Of a stretch of DNA of 63,420 nucleotides, positions 52,887 to 61,840 are shown piece after piece. This stretch comes from a bacterium. GTDB lineage: Bacteria > Patescibacteriota > Minisyncoccia > Phycocordibacterales > UBA6899. A program made the position numbers and the translations under genes. The stretch covers positions 1 to 63,420 of the forward strand of contig JAJZQJ010000003.1 of assembly GCA_021851895.1 (NCBI GenBank), read 5' to 3'. Positions within the stretch are counted from its first letter, which is position 1. The number at the start of each line of letters is the position of its first letter. Below the pieces are notes generated by a model, which was not told the origin of the DNA, did not search any database, and worked only from the letters and a program-made list of their open reading frames with translations.

Positions 52887-53864
52887 TTCGGTGTTTGATG
52901 ATGGAGGTCCGATGATCGCTTCCTCCTTTGCGATGCAGGCATTATACGATGCAACCTGACCGTTATAGGTGCTGATCACACCTTTGAGACTGTTGAGAAG
53001 GTCATTATGCTGTGATGCGAGAGCGTTATATTGCGCGATCATCGCATTGATCTCATCTCGATTTCCCATTTGTGCATCGATCTTTTGTTTCAGTGCAGTC
53101 AGCTCATTAGAAAGTGTATCCATAGTCGCCTCGCTATTCTTTATGGAAAGCTCCATGGTTGCGTCAGGGAGTACGCAGTTCGGCGGAGGTCGCCCAAACT
53201 CCTGCACTGCATACCAAACATCTCTCCCTTCATATGGTCCCTTAATTGCAGCAACGCCGATCTCTGTATATGTGGGCTTGAGGATGTTCGCTCGGTGTCC
53301 AGGAGAGTTCATCCAGCCATCCATGACGTCACGGCTATTTTTAAAGTCCCCAAGGGCAAGGTTCTCGCCGACAAGAGAATAGTCATATCCGTGTAATTTT
53401 GCGAGATCACTTACATTCACACCATCGGGTGATTTATGAGCAAAATACTGCTTCGCGATCATATCTTTCGCTTTTGCCATTGCAGCCTCGGAGAGCTTGG
53501 CGTTGAAGGTGAGTGGTGCGGCGCCGGTCTTTGCGCGTTCTTCATTCGTGATCATGATGATGGAGAGCGCATCGAGTGGTGCCACATCTCCATTGCTTGA
53601 AGTTGCAACTTTTAAGAGCGGCGTCGTTGCGAGTGCCTTTTGAGATTGGCGTGGTGTTGTCGTTATGGGCTGGATTCCCGACGCAGTATGCTCTTCTAGC
53701 GGAAGTGCCGTAGCTCGTGCTGTCGTGGTGGATTGTGTTACCGCCGGAGGCTCGTTTTGTGCAATATTGATTCGTTGGGGTGTCGCCGTGGGCACCGAAA
53801 AAAGAGCGGAAAGCGCGGTGAAAACGACGATAAAGCCTTTAACAATCGAATCCCATAGATTCAT
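52884..53864 (-). CDS. CAP/SCP (YkwD-like) domain secreted protein with C-terminal coiled-coil
   Basis: TNEERAKTGAAPLTFN...YFAHKSPDG...GENLA...GWMNSPGHRANIL. Confidence 0.75.
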   Translation of the reverse strand: MNLWDSIVKGFIVVFTALSALFSVPTATPQRINIAQNEPPAVTQSTTTARATALPLEEHTASGIQPITTTPRQSQKALATTPLLKVATSSNGDVAPLDALSIIMITNEERAKTGAAPLTFNAKLSEAAMAKAKDMIAKQYFAHKSPDGVNVSDLAKLHGYDYSLVGENLALGDFKNSRDVMDGWMNSPGHRANILKPTYTEIGVAAIKGPYEGRDVWYAVQEFGRPPPNCVLPDATMELSIKNSEATMDTLSNELTALKQKIDAQMGNRDEINAMIAQYNALASQHNDLLNSLKGVISTYNGQVASYNACIAKEEAIIGPPSSNTE

Positions 53865-53898
53865 GGAATCCAGTATAACATGTTATAATGCAAGCCAT

Positions 53899-54654
53899 AT
53901 GGCAAAGAATACAAAAGTATCCGCACCGGCAGTAGCAGTTTCCACAGAAGCGCCTGCACGAACAGTCATCAATAAGCCAGAATCTAAAGTGCCGCGAAAT
54001 CCCCATACGCACGAGGAGATTCTCACTGGTGCAAAGCACCATAACCGCACATCGCGTATTGCTTCGGAATTCGAGCGAGGACTCAATTTCATTAAGCGTT
54101 ACGAGAAGTCAGTGACGATATATGGCTCAGCGAGATTCAAGCAAAATAATGTGCACTACAAGGATGCTCGTGCGTTAGCAGCACGGTTCGCTAAGGAGGG
54201 CTATGCTGTGGTGACCGGAGGAGGTCCTGGAATCATGGAAGCCGGAAATCGCGGCGCTCGCGAAGCAGGTGGGGCATCGATCGGCCTCAATATCGAACTT
54301 CCTTTCGAGCAGATCATCAATCCTTATGTTACTGACTCGATGTCTTTCTACTATTTCTTCTCGAGAAAGACGACCATGTCATTTGCCTCTGAGGCATATA
54401 TCTATTACCCAGGAGGCTTTGGTACGCTCGATGAGCTTTTCGAGATATTGACTTTGGTGCAGACGGGAAAGATCCGAAAAATCCCTATTTTCCTCGTAGG
54501 CTCAGATTTCTGGGCACCACTCGAGGAATTCATCGAGAATGTGGTTATGCGTGATCACGGCGCGATCGATAAGAAGGACCTTCAGCTTTATACCGTTACT
54601 GATGACCACGATCTTATCTTGAAGACGATCTTGTCCTCACCGGTCTATAAATAA
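53899..54654 (+). CDS. LOG-family (TIGR00730) nucleotide phosphoribohydrolase
   Basis: VVTGGGPGIMEAGNRGA and PGGFGTLDELFE. Start MAKNTK after tgttataat. Confidence 0.85.
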   Translation: MAKNTKVSAPAVAVSTEAPARTVINKPESKVPRNPHTHEEILTGAKHHNRTSRIASEFERGLNFIKRYEKSVTIYGSARFKQNNVHYKDARALAARFAKEGYAVVTGGGPGIMEAGNRGAREAGGASIGLNIELPFEQIINPYVTDSMSFYYFFSRKTTMSFASEAYIYYPGGFGTLDELFEILTLVQTGKIRKIPIFLVGSDFWAPLEEFIENVVMRDHGAIDKKDLQLYTVTDDHDLILKTILSSPVYK

Positions 54655-54678
54655 AAAAACCGCCTTGGCGGTTTTTAT
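54655..54678. terminator. bidirectional intrinsic terminator
   Basis: aaaaaccgcc-tt-ggcggttttt. Confidence 0.7.
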
Positions 54679-55871
54679 AGTGTATCACGCAGTTTCGCGG
54701 TAAGTGCGATCATGCCGATGATCGCTACTCCTGAGACTGCAAGGAGTGAGGAGATATCGATGATTTGCAAGGTAAGCAGTGTCGCACCGATCGTCGGAAC
54801 GATCAGCCACGCAAGTGGTCGAGCACGACGATAGAATGCGATGAGTGAAGGATGTGCATATTCGATTCTTTTGAAGAAGAAAGCGTCGGCCATCGACTCT
54901 GTAGCTGTGGCTCCTATGCGCGATATGATCAAAAGGAGCGCCCAGAAGAAGAATGTCTGCTGCGTCTCAGCAAAGAATGGGATAGCGATGAGTGTCGCAC
55001 CCATGACGACCATACCTGTAATGATCATCTCCTTTTCGCCGATGAACTTGTCTGCGAGCCAACCGTAAGGTGTCGGGAGTATTACGAACATTGCTAGTGC
55101 CATGGTGATGATATATCCGAAACGATCATAGGTGAAGCCGATGTGTTCAACGAAATAGAGCGGGACATAGATCGTCATCATGACATAAAATGTCTGCAGG
55201 GCGAACTGCGCAGAGAAGACAGGGAAGAGGTCTGGTGTGAGCTCATGTAATCTCTTGCTGATGACCAGGGGGACATCATCATAATGAGGATCTTTGAAGC
55301 TCTTGAACGCATAGCGGATGAAAAACGGTATTGGAAGTGCTGACAGTGCTGCAGCGATATAGACATAGTGAAGGGCATAGCCGGAAGCGATATATCCACT
55401 GAGCGCTGGCGAAAGCATGAAGCCGAGTGATAAAATTGCAAAAAATACACCGTGAAGAACCCCCATCTTCTCTTCACTGACATAGCGAGAGATATAAATA
55501 TCGAGACCCGCATAGATCATCGTCGTATCGAGAGTCATCAGGAGGTAAGTGAGGATCTTGGGGATGATGTGTAGCGGCATCGAGATCGCAAAAAGGGCAA
55601 CAGGAAGCGTGCTCGCTGCAAAAAGCGTGACGTTCGTATTTCCGAATCTGCGGAGGATCTTTGGGGCGACAATGAAATAGAGTAAAGCGAGTGCTGCCGT
55701 AGCCGCAAAAATATAACCAACAAGACGATCGGGTGTGCTGGTATATTGAGAAAGCGCCCTAGAGAGATATGAAGAATCGATGTAGGTCGTAAAGCCTACT
55801 TCGAGTGATGTGAGAAAGCCAGTGATCGATAAGATCATGAGCGAACGTTTCCCTATTAGCGTATTTTCCAT
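54675..55871 (-). CDS. MFS transporter
   Basis: 12 predicted TM helices. 398 aa. Confidence 0.8.
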   Translation of the reverse strand: MENTLIGKRSLMILSITGFLTSLEVGFTTYIDSSYLSRALSQYTSTPDRLVGYIFAATAALALLYFIVAPKILRRFGNTNVTLFAASTLPVALFAISMPLHIIPKILTYLLMTLDTTMIYAGLDIYISRYVSEEKMGVLHGVFFAILSLGFMLSPALSGYIASGYALHYVYIAAALSALPIPFFIRYAFKSFKDPHYDDVPLVISKRLHELTPDLFPVFSAQFALQTFYVMMTIYVPLYFVEHIGFTYDRFGYIITMALAMFVILPTPYGWLADKFIGEKEMIITGMVVMGATLIAIPFFAETQQTFFFWALLLIISRIGATATESMADAFFFKRIEYAHPSLIAFYRRARPLAWLIVPTIGATLLTLQIIDISSLLAVSGVAIIGMIALTAKLRDTL

Positions 55872-55958
55872 TGACGCATTATAGCACGAGTGCCTTCTGG
55901 GGAGGCCATAAATGGGGATATTCCGTAATAGGCATATGATATACTAGGGGTAACGTCT

Positions 55959-57278
55959 ATGTTCGATTATTACGTACAGACCTATCAATCGTTTCTTGCG
56001 TCACCATACTACGAGCCCACGATGGTGCTTCTTGGATATGCTTATAACATCGTCACTGCTTTTGCGTTCATTTGGGCGCCTTTATGGATGTGGGAGGTTC
56101 TTGAGTCAACATTACAAAAGCAAAAAAGAGCGGCGTTTCTGCAGAAAATGGAATTCACTCTGCTTGAAATCAGGGTACCGAGAAATATTGATAAGTCTCC
56201 ACTTGCGATGGAGCTCGTACTCCATGCGCTACATCAGCCTTTTAAACCGACGAATCGATTGGAAAAGATCACTAAAGGGAAAGTAAACTCTTGGTTTTCT
56301 CTTGAGATGGTTTCCACGGAAGGAGCAGTACATTTTTATATTTATACTCCAAAGGAGTTCGTAAAGCATGTTACCAATCACCTATATTCGCAATACCCTG
56401 ATATCGAAGTGCGTGAAACTGTAGATTATGTGACGAAGGTGCCATTTGGACGAGACAAAGAAGAGTGGGATCTGCATGGCGCAGAGTTTATCCTCTCGAA
56501 GCCCGATCCGTATCCAATAAAGACTTACGTTGATTACGGGTTAGATAAGCTTGACCTTAAAGAGGAATTCAAGATCGACCCAATGACGGTTGTTCTTGAA
56601 TATCTCGGAGCGATAGAAAGGGGACAGCACGCATGGATACAGATCCTCATTCAGGCTCATGAGGAGCGTTATAAGGGGAAGCCAAAGGATAGAGAGTGGG
56701 ATAAGTTTTGGGGTGAATATTGGTGGAAGATCGGTAGCGAAGACTGGATGAAGTTCGTTACGAATAACTGGTGGACACCGCCAACTCAGGATTGGAAGAA
56801 GGAGGCCGATAAGGTCATTAAGGAGATAAAAGACAAGGCTGGTGACAAGATGTCGTCGATCCAGCGCAAAGAGATCGAGGCGATAGAGCGTTCTATCACG
56901 AAACTTGGTTTTGATGTAGGAATACGCGCAATCTATCTCGCCCGTAAAGATCGCTATGATACTGCGAATATTGCTGGTCTCATGGGAATCATGAAGCAGT
57001 TTTCCTCTCTTGAGTTGAATGGATTCAAAGATAATAACGTCACCAAGAAGGATGCAAAGCGAGACATAAAAACAGATGCTGATCTAATGAAAGCGAAGAA
57101 GAAGATGTTTGATGCCTATCTTCGAAGAGGATTCTTCTATGAAAAAGGAAAACCTTTTGTGCTTAACACAGAGGAACTCGCAACTATATTCCATTTTCCA
57201 GGAAGAGTGTCTGCGACACCTACATTCAGTCGTATCGAATCGCGCAAGGCGGAGCCGCCGAGCAATCTCCCTATTTAA
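55959..57278 (+). CDS. hypothetical membrane-anchored protein, Trp/Lys-rich central region
   Basis: 439-aa ORF with an N-terminal TM helix. No motif I can name with confidence. Confidence 0.5.
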   Translation: MFDYYVQTYQSFLASPYYEPTMVLLGYAYNIVTAFAFIWAPLWMWEVLESTLQKQKRAAFLQKMEFTLLEIRVPRNIDKSPLAMELVLHALHQPFKPTNRLEKITKGKVNSWFSLEMVSTEGAVHFYIYTPKEFVKHVTNHLYSQYPDIEVRETVDYVTKVPFGRDKEEWDLHGAEFILSKPDPYPIKTYVDYGLDKLDLKEEFKIDPMTVVLEYLGAIERGQHAWIQILIQAHEERYKGKPKDREWDKFWGEYWWKIGSEDWMKFVTNNWWTPPTQDWKKEADKVIKEIKDKAGDKMSSIQRKEIEAIERSITKLGFDVGIRAIYLARKDRYDTANIAGLMGIMKQFSSLELNGFKDNNVTKKDAKRDIKTDADLMKAKKKMFDAYLRRGFFYEKGKPFVLNTEELATIFHFPGRVSATPTFSRIESRKAEPPSNLPI

Positions 57279-57317
57279 TTTTTATAATAACGAGGAACCA
57301 AAAACAGTTCTTTTATC

Positions 57318-58367
57318 ATGGATAACGTCATCGTCGACCTCAAGCAGCAGGGTGATGCGAGCAATGGATCTCAGAATGTTTCTGGTGATCTACCTGAACA
57401 CAAGAAAACGCGCCGCCTTGGCATGATCATCTCAATCATACTGCTTCTTCTTTCATCGGCTCTTTTTGGGGTCGCATACGCTTATTTGTTCACTCCTCCG
57501 ATCGAATTCATTCCGAAAACGATCGTTCGTATCGATGCGGGCGAAAGTGTGCAGGGGATCGCAACGATATTAGCGAACGCGCATATCATCAAATCGCCCG
57601 AAGCATTTGCATTTTTGGTGCGTATAAAGGGGGCTGATACAAAAATGCATCAAGGAGCATATTATTTTGAAACTGCGCCCTCGCTTCCTGCGGTCATTGA
57701 TCGGATCATTTCGAGGGATTATGGAATCGAAAACGTTCGTGTATTGATCCCTGAAGGCTATACACGAAAGGATATGGCAAAAACCTTCTCATCAACTTTT
57801 CCTGACTTCTCTTCAGTCGACTTCATGAATGAGACTGAGAGTCTTGAGGGTTATCTCTTTCCTGATACGTATCGTTTCTTTCGAAATGCAACAAGTGGTC
57901 AGATCGTTCGTGATATGCGTAAAACTTTCAACCTGAAGACGGCTGATCTTCAGAATGAAGCTCTCGCGAAAGGGAAGGATTGGAAGACCATTATGATTGT
58001 CGCGTCGCTTGTTGAGCTTGAGGGTAAGACGAAGGAGGATCGAGGCATGATTGCGGATATCATTTACCGTCGTCTCCAGCAGAATATGCCCTTACAGCTT
58101 GATGCCCCTTTTGTTTACATTATGGATAAAGCCTCATTGCAGCTCACGCAAGAAGACCTGTTCGTACAGTCCCCATATAACACCTATAGAAATAAGGGAT
58201 TACCCCCGACTCCTATCGCATCGCCGGGTATTGAAAGTATAAATGCTGCAGTGAATCCGACGCCGAATGACTATCTCTACTATCTTTCGGATAAGAACGG
58301 TATCATTCACTACGCGAAGGATTTTGCAGAGCATCGCAAAAATAAACAACTTTATCTCGGTCAGTGA
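57318..58367 (+). CDS. mltG: endolytic murein transglycosylase MltG (YceG family)
   Basis: N-terminal TM helix, LysM-like lobe, LEGYLFPDTY, SPYNTY. Confidence 0.85.
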   Translation: MDNVIVDLKQQGDASNGSQNVSGDLPEHKKTRRLGMIISIILLLLSSALFGVAYAYLFTPPIEFIPKTIVRIDAGESVQGIATILANAHIIKSPEAFAFLVRIKGADTKMHQGAYYFETAPSLPAVIDRIISRDYGIENVRVLIPEGYTRKDMAKTFSSTFPDFSSVDFMNETESLEGYLFPDTYRFFRNATSGQIVRDMRKTFNLKTADLQNEALAKGKDWKTIMIVASLVELEGKTKEDRGMIADIIYRRLQQNMPLQLDAPFVYIMDKASLQLTQEDLFVQSPYNTYRNKGLPPTPIASPGIESINAAVNPTPNDYLYYLSDKNGIIHYAKDFAEHRKNKQLYLGQ

Positions 58368-58369
58368 AT

Positions 58370-58396
58370 CAAAAACGCCACCGTGTGGCGTTTTTG
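58370..58396 (+). terminator. intrinsic terminator
   Basis: aaaaacgccac-cgtg-tggcgttttt. Confidence 0.7.
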
Positions 58397-58441
58397 ATTC
58401 TGTGTATATTTCTCGATGCTATGTATGTTATAATTTACTAT

Positions 58442-59647
58442 ATGTCCTTCTTTAAAGGCCTTTTCTCTGGTGGGAAAAAATCCCATCATGTGCTTGTCGT
58501 TGATGTCGGGTCCGGGTCCATTGGAGCTGCTTTGGTGCGCCTCGATCATGGTGTAGAGCCTTTTATCGTTGCCACGTCAAGAGAAACGATACCTTTTCAG
58601 GAAAAGCTCAACGTTCAGCGCTTTGTGACGTTGATGCAAGAATCTCTAGACAAGGCTACGGATGGAGTAATGAAAGAACATGCAGAAATCATCCCGACTG
58701 AAGTCTTTTTTGCACTCGCATCGCCTTGGAATACATCGCAAACTCGTTTGGTTCACCTTGATCAGCCAGATGATTTTCTTATAACCGAGAAAGGGTTTCG
58801 TCAGATCATCGACAAGGAAAGTGCGCTTTTCACCACCACCCCGTTTGATCCGAGCGGCCCCAAGGAACTTCTCAAGAATATTTTGATCGAGTCCCGAGCA
58901 ATGCAGGTGAAATTGAATGGTTATGAAGTTGCTGCACCGATCGGACGAAAGGCGCAAGAGCTTGACATTGCACTTTACCTTTCTGTGATGCCTGAACGCA
59001 TACGCGATTCTTTTGTGCAAACAACGACTCGACGTTGGCCGCACATCACACCGCATTTTCATTCATTTATGTTTGCGGCATTCAATGCTGTTCGCGATAC
59101 GTTCGCAGAGAGTGCATCATTCATCATCGTCGACGTCGCAGGAGAGGTGACTGACGTCGCTCTCGTGCGCGATAATGTCTTGCTTGAGTCCCTGTCATTC
59201 CCATTGGGGTACCATGCGATTACGCGCATGACCATGCGTGAGCTCGGACTTCAGAATGCAGCAGCGATCTCGGAAGTACAACTTTACCTCGAGGGGAAGT
59301 CGGATGCAGGGCGCACCAAAGAGATGGAGGAGATCTTCGCGAAGGCAATTCGTGAGTGGAAGTTGCTTTTCATTGGAGCACTGACACAACTCTCGGAGCA
59401 GTATCCGATTCCGCACGTCATCTATCATTTCGTCGATGAAGACTACGTTGTTCATTATGGTGACGCGTTGCGCGAGTCCGCAGATAGAGTTTTCGGGGAG
59501 GATCAGGGTGAATTTGACGTGCATTCTCTTGATGAAGAGTTTCTTCTTCGCTTCATGAAGCTTGAGGAGGGGCAACGTGCAGATATATTCCTCTGTGTTA
59601 TTATTATGATATTAGAAAAGCTTCTCAATGCAGATGTGAAAGGCTAA
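58442..59647 (+). CDS. actin-like ATPase (ASKHA) fold protein, FtsA/PilM-like
   Basis: VLVVDVGSGSIGAALV (phosphate-1-like) and IIVDVAGEVTDVALV (phosphate-2-like). Start MSFFKG after tgttataat plus 7 nt. Confidence 0.45.
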   Translation: MSFFKGLFSGGKKSHHVLVVDVGSGSIGAALVRLDHGVEPFIVATSRETIPFQEKLNVQRFVTLMQESLDKATDGVMKEHAEIIPTEVFFALASPWNTSQTRLVHLDQPDDFLITEKGFRQIIDKESALFTTTPFDPSGPKELLKNILIESRAMQVKLNGYEVAAPIGRKAQELDIALYLSVMPERIRDSFVQTTTRRWPHITPHFHSFMFAAFNAVRDTFAESASFIIVDVAGEVTDVALVRDNVLLESLSFPLGYHAITRMTMRELGLQNAAAISEVQLYLEGKSDAGRTKEMEEIFAKAIREWKLLFIGALTQLSEQYPIPHVIYHFVDEDYVVHYGDALRESADRVFGEDQGEFDVHSLDEEFLLRFMKLEEGQRADIFLCVIIMILEKLLNADVKG

Positions 59648-59653
59648 TACGTT

Positions 59654-61351
59654 ATGATCAATCAATCGAACACACCAATTGAAAGCGGTGACTCGCCGCA
59701 GCCTAAACGACGAATCATCCGCCGTATCGTCAGAAGAGTTCCAAAACAGCATCCAAGCGCGTCGCCGATGTCTGCTGCTGATGCCGTAGTTGCGCAAGCC
59801 GAGCAAAAGAGGCGCACTCATGAGGAATCAGATGATACGTTACAAGCAGTGTCTGTGGTAAGGCAGCCTTCGAGTGGTAGGATTTTGGAGCCCAGCAAAG
59901 AAGCAGAAGCCTTTCTTTCTGGAGATGCCACTGAGCCTACAAAACAACAGCCGGTCATTGAATATCCTGCAATGCCTACGATCGAACCGAAAAAAATGGT
60001 TCTCGAGCAATTTGCCGCGCGTAAGGATAAGAATCGATCTGACAATCAACCGCCTGTAGGTGAGGATTCCTCGGAATCGGGAAGAAGCCCAATAGAGAGT
60101 ATCTGGCCTTATATCGCTGCAGCGAAACAGCATGCGGGGGAGGCACACGAGGATATACAGGGTGATTTTACTGATACTTCGAAGAAGACTCGTCCGACTG
60201 TATCAGAATTCGAGGAAGAGCATAATTATTTCTCTTGGATACCTTGGGTGCTTGGACCGATCATTTTATTGGTTCTCATCATTGGTGGAATTTCATATTT
60301 TTCAGGAGCAAATATCGTGATCACTCCAAAGACGGAGCAGGTGAGCTTGCTCGCTGATATCGAGGCTGTAAAAAATGGAGATCCTGCCAAGGAGTTCCCA
60401 CTCTCAGTGCTTACGATCGAAGATAAGGTTTCTGTAGACGTTCCTGCAACTGAGTCAAAGACATCTGTCGCGACCGCATCAGGAAAGGTCACACTTTTCA
60501 ATAAGCAGACTGTTGCTCAGAAGCTCATAAAGACAACACGTCTTGAGGCTGTCGATGGAAAGATCTATCGTATTCATGAGAATGTTACGATCCCAGCTGC
60601 AAAGTCAGGAAAGCCAGGAACCTTGGACGTTATGGTGTATGCTGAGTCTTCGGGTCCGGATTATAATCGTAAAGGGCCAGCAGAATTCACACTTCCAGGG
60701 TTTAAGGGTAAGCCCCAATTCACTTTGGTTGGCGCAAATCTTACCGGAGAGATCTCTGGTGGTTCAGCGGGGGTGAAGAAGACGGTTCCAAATGATGTGC
60801 TTGATGGGGTATCTCAGAAGCTTAAGATAGAACTTGAAAACAAGCTTCGCGCACGAGCTACCCAAGAGATTCTACCTGCGCAGGTAAGCTACGAAGGACT
60901 TTATCAGTTCTCATACAAGGATGTAACGCTTGAGGCATCTGATGCTCCTGAAAAGGCGCGCGCGGTACTTACAGGCACGCTCTCTGCGCCAGTGTTCGAT
61001 CGGGTATTGCTTACGAAGACTCTTGCTCGCTCAGCACTCAAGAACTATAACGACGAGGACATCACGCTTTCTCATATCGAGATGCTTCCAGTGACTTATC
61101 AGGAGGATCCGACGAAGGTTGATTTGCTCAATGCTGATAAGGTGGTCTTCCATGTTGAAGGGCAGGGTTCATTTATGTGGAAGGTGGATACTGATACATT
61201 CACAAGAGCGTTGCTCAACGTGTCAAAGGATGACGTGAAGAAAGTCATTATGCGATTCCCAAGTATAGATCACGTCGACGCGACACTTCGTCCGTTCTGG
61301 AAACAGTATTTCCCAGGCAGCGTGAAGGATTTCGTTGTAACAGTGAAATAG
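59654..61351 (+). CDS. large single-pass membrane protein, unknown function
   Basis: 565 aa. Disordered Pro/Ser/Glu-rich N-terminus, a TM helix near residue 210, beta-rich ectodomain. Confidence 0.5.
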   Translation: MINQSNTPIESGDSPQPKRRIIRRIVRRVPKQHPSASPMSAADAVVAQAEQKRRTHEESDDTLQAVSVVRQPSSGRILEPSKEAEAFLSGDATEPTKQQPVIEYPAMPTIEPKKMVLEQFAARKDKNRSDNQPPVGEDSSESGRSPIESIWPYIAAAKQHAGEAHEDIQGDFTDTSKKTRPTVSEFEEEHNYFSWIPWVLGPIILLVLIIGGISYFSGANIVITPKTEQVSLLADIEAVKNGDPAKEFPLSVLTIEDKVSVDVPATESKTSVATASGKVTLFNKQTVAQKLIKTTRLEAVDGKIYRIHENVTIPAAKSGKPGTLDVMVYAESSGPDYNRKGPAEFTLPGFKGKPQFTLVGANLTGEISGGSAGVKKTVPNDVLDGVSQKLKIELENKLRARATQEILPAQVSYEGLYQFSYKDVTLEASDAPEKARAVLTGTLSAPVFDRVLLTKTLARSALKNYNDEDITLSHIEMLPVTYQEDPTKVDLLNADKVVFHVEGQGSFMWKVDTDTFTRALLNVSKDDVKKVIMRFPSIDHVDATLRPFWKQYFPGSVKDFVVTVK

Positions 61352-61361
61352 GATATTCTAT

Positions 61362-61388
61362 TAAAAAAGACACAATGTGTCTTTTTTA
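61362..61388 (+). terminator. intrinsic terminator
   Basis: aaaaaagacac-aat-gtgtctttttt. Confidence 0.7.
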
Positions 61389-61399
61389 ATTTAGATGCA

Positions 61400-61796
61400 G
61401 GGCAAACGTAAAACCGTTTCGGTTTGAGTTTGAATGACGCTTCGCGTACTGAATCGGATTCAAGGACTCGTCCCTCTGTCACCTCCATATATTTCATCGC
61501 TTCGCTCGAAATCTATGGGGTGCAGGTGGGGCCAGGGCTCGGCCACGGCCGCTTCGGACGGGTCCTCAGCGGCCGGCTCCGCGGCCTCCGCCCTACGAGT
61601 CCTTGAGGGGGTGGCAACAAAAACAAAAAAGACGCTTTCGCGTCAAGCGAGGACTCGACACGGCTCACAAAGCATTTCATTGCGCTGCGCTTATGAAATG
61701 CTAAGTGGCCGTCGTCACGGCTCGGCGACCCTGCGCTGCGCGAAGACGCGCGAGCGAGGGTGCCCGCCTCCGCCTTTCGAGTCCTTGAGGGGGTGG
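61400..61796 (+). ncRNA. candidate structured RNA: conserved 34-nt leader plus two tandem units (B1, B2) framed by tRNA-Lys 3'-end-derived arms
   Basis: Leader 61400-61433 is near-identical to 62923-62956. Antisense arms at 61461-61470 and 61651-61658 pair with sense arms at 61596-61605 and 61777-61784. GC-rich cores are homologous to 42687-42760 and 63131-63190. Strand is inferred. Confidence 0.45.
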
Positions 61797-61840
61797 CAAC
61801 AAAAACAAAAAAAACGCTTTCGCGTCTTTTTTGTTTGTTG
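61797..61840. terminator. A/T-flanked hairpin abutting the tRNA-Lys 3' end (bidirectional terminator-like)
   Basis: caacaaaaacaaaaaaaacgc-tttc-gcgtcttttttgtttgttg. A truncated copy lies at 61613-61644. Confidence 0.6.
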
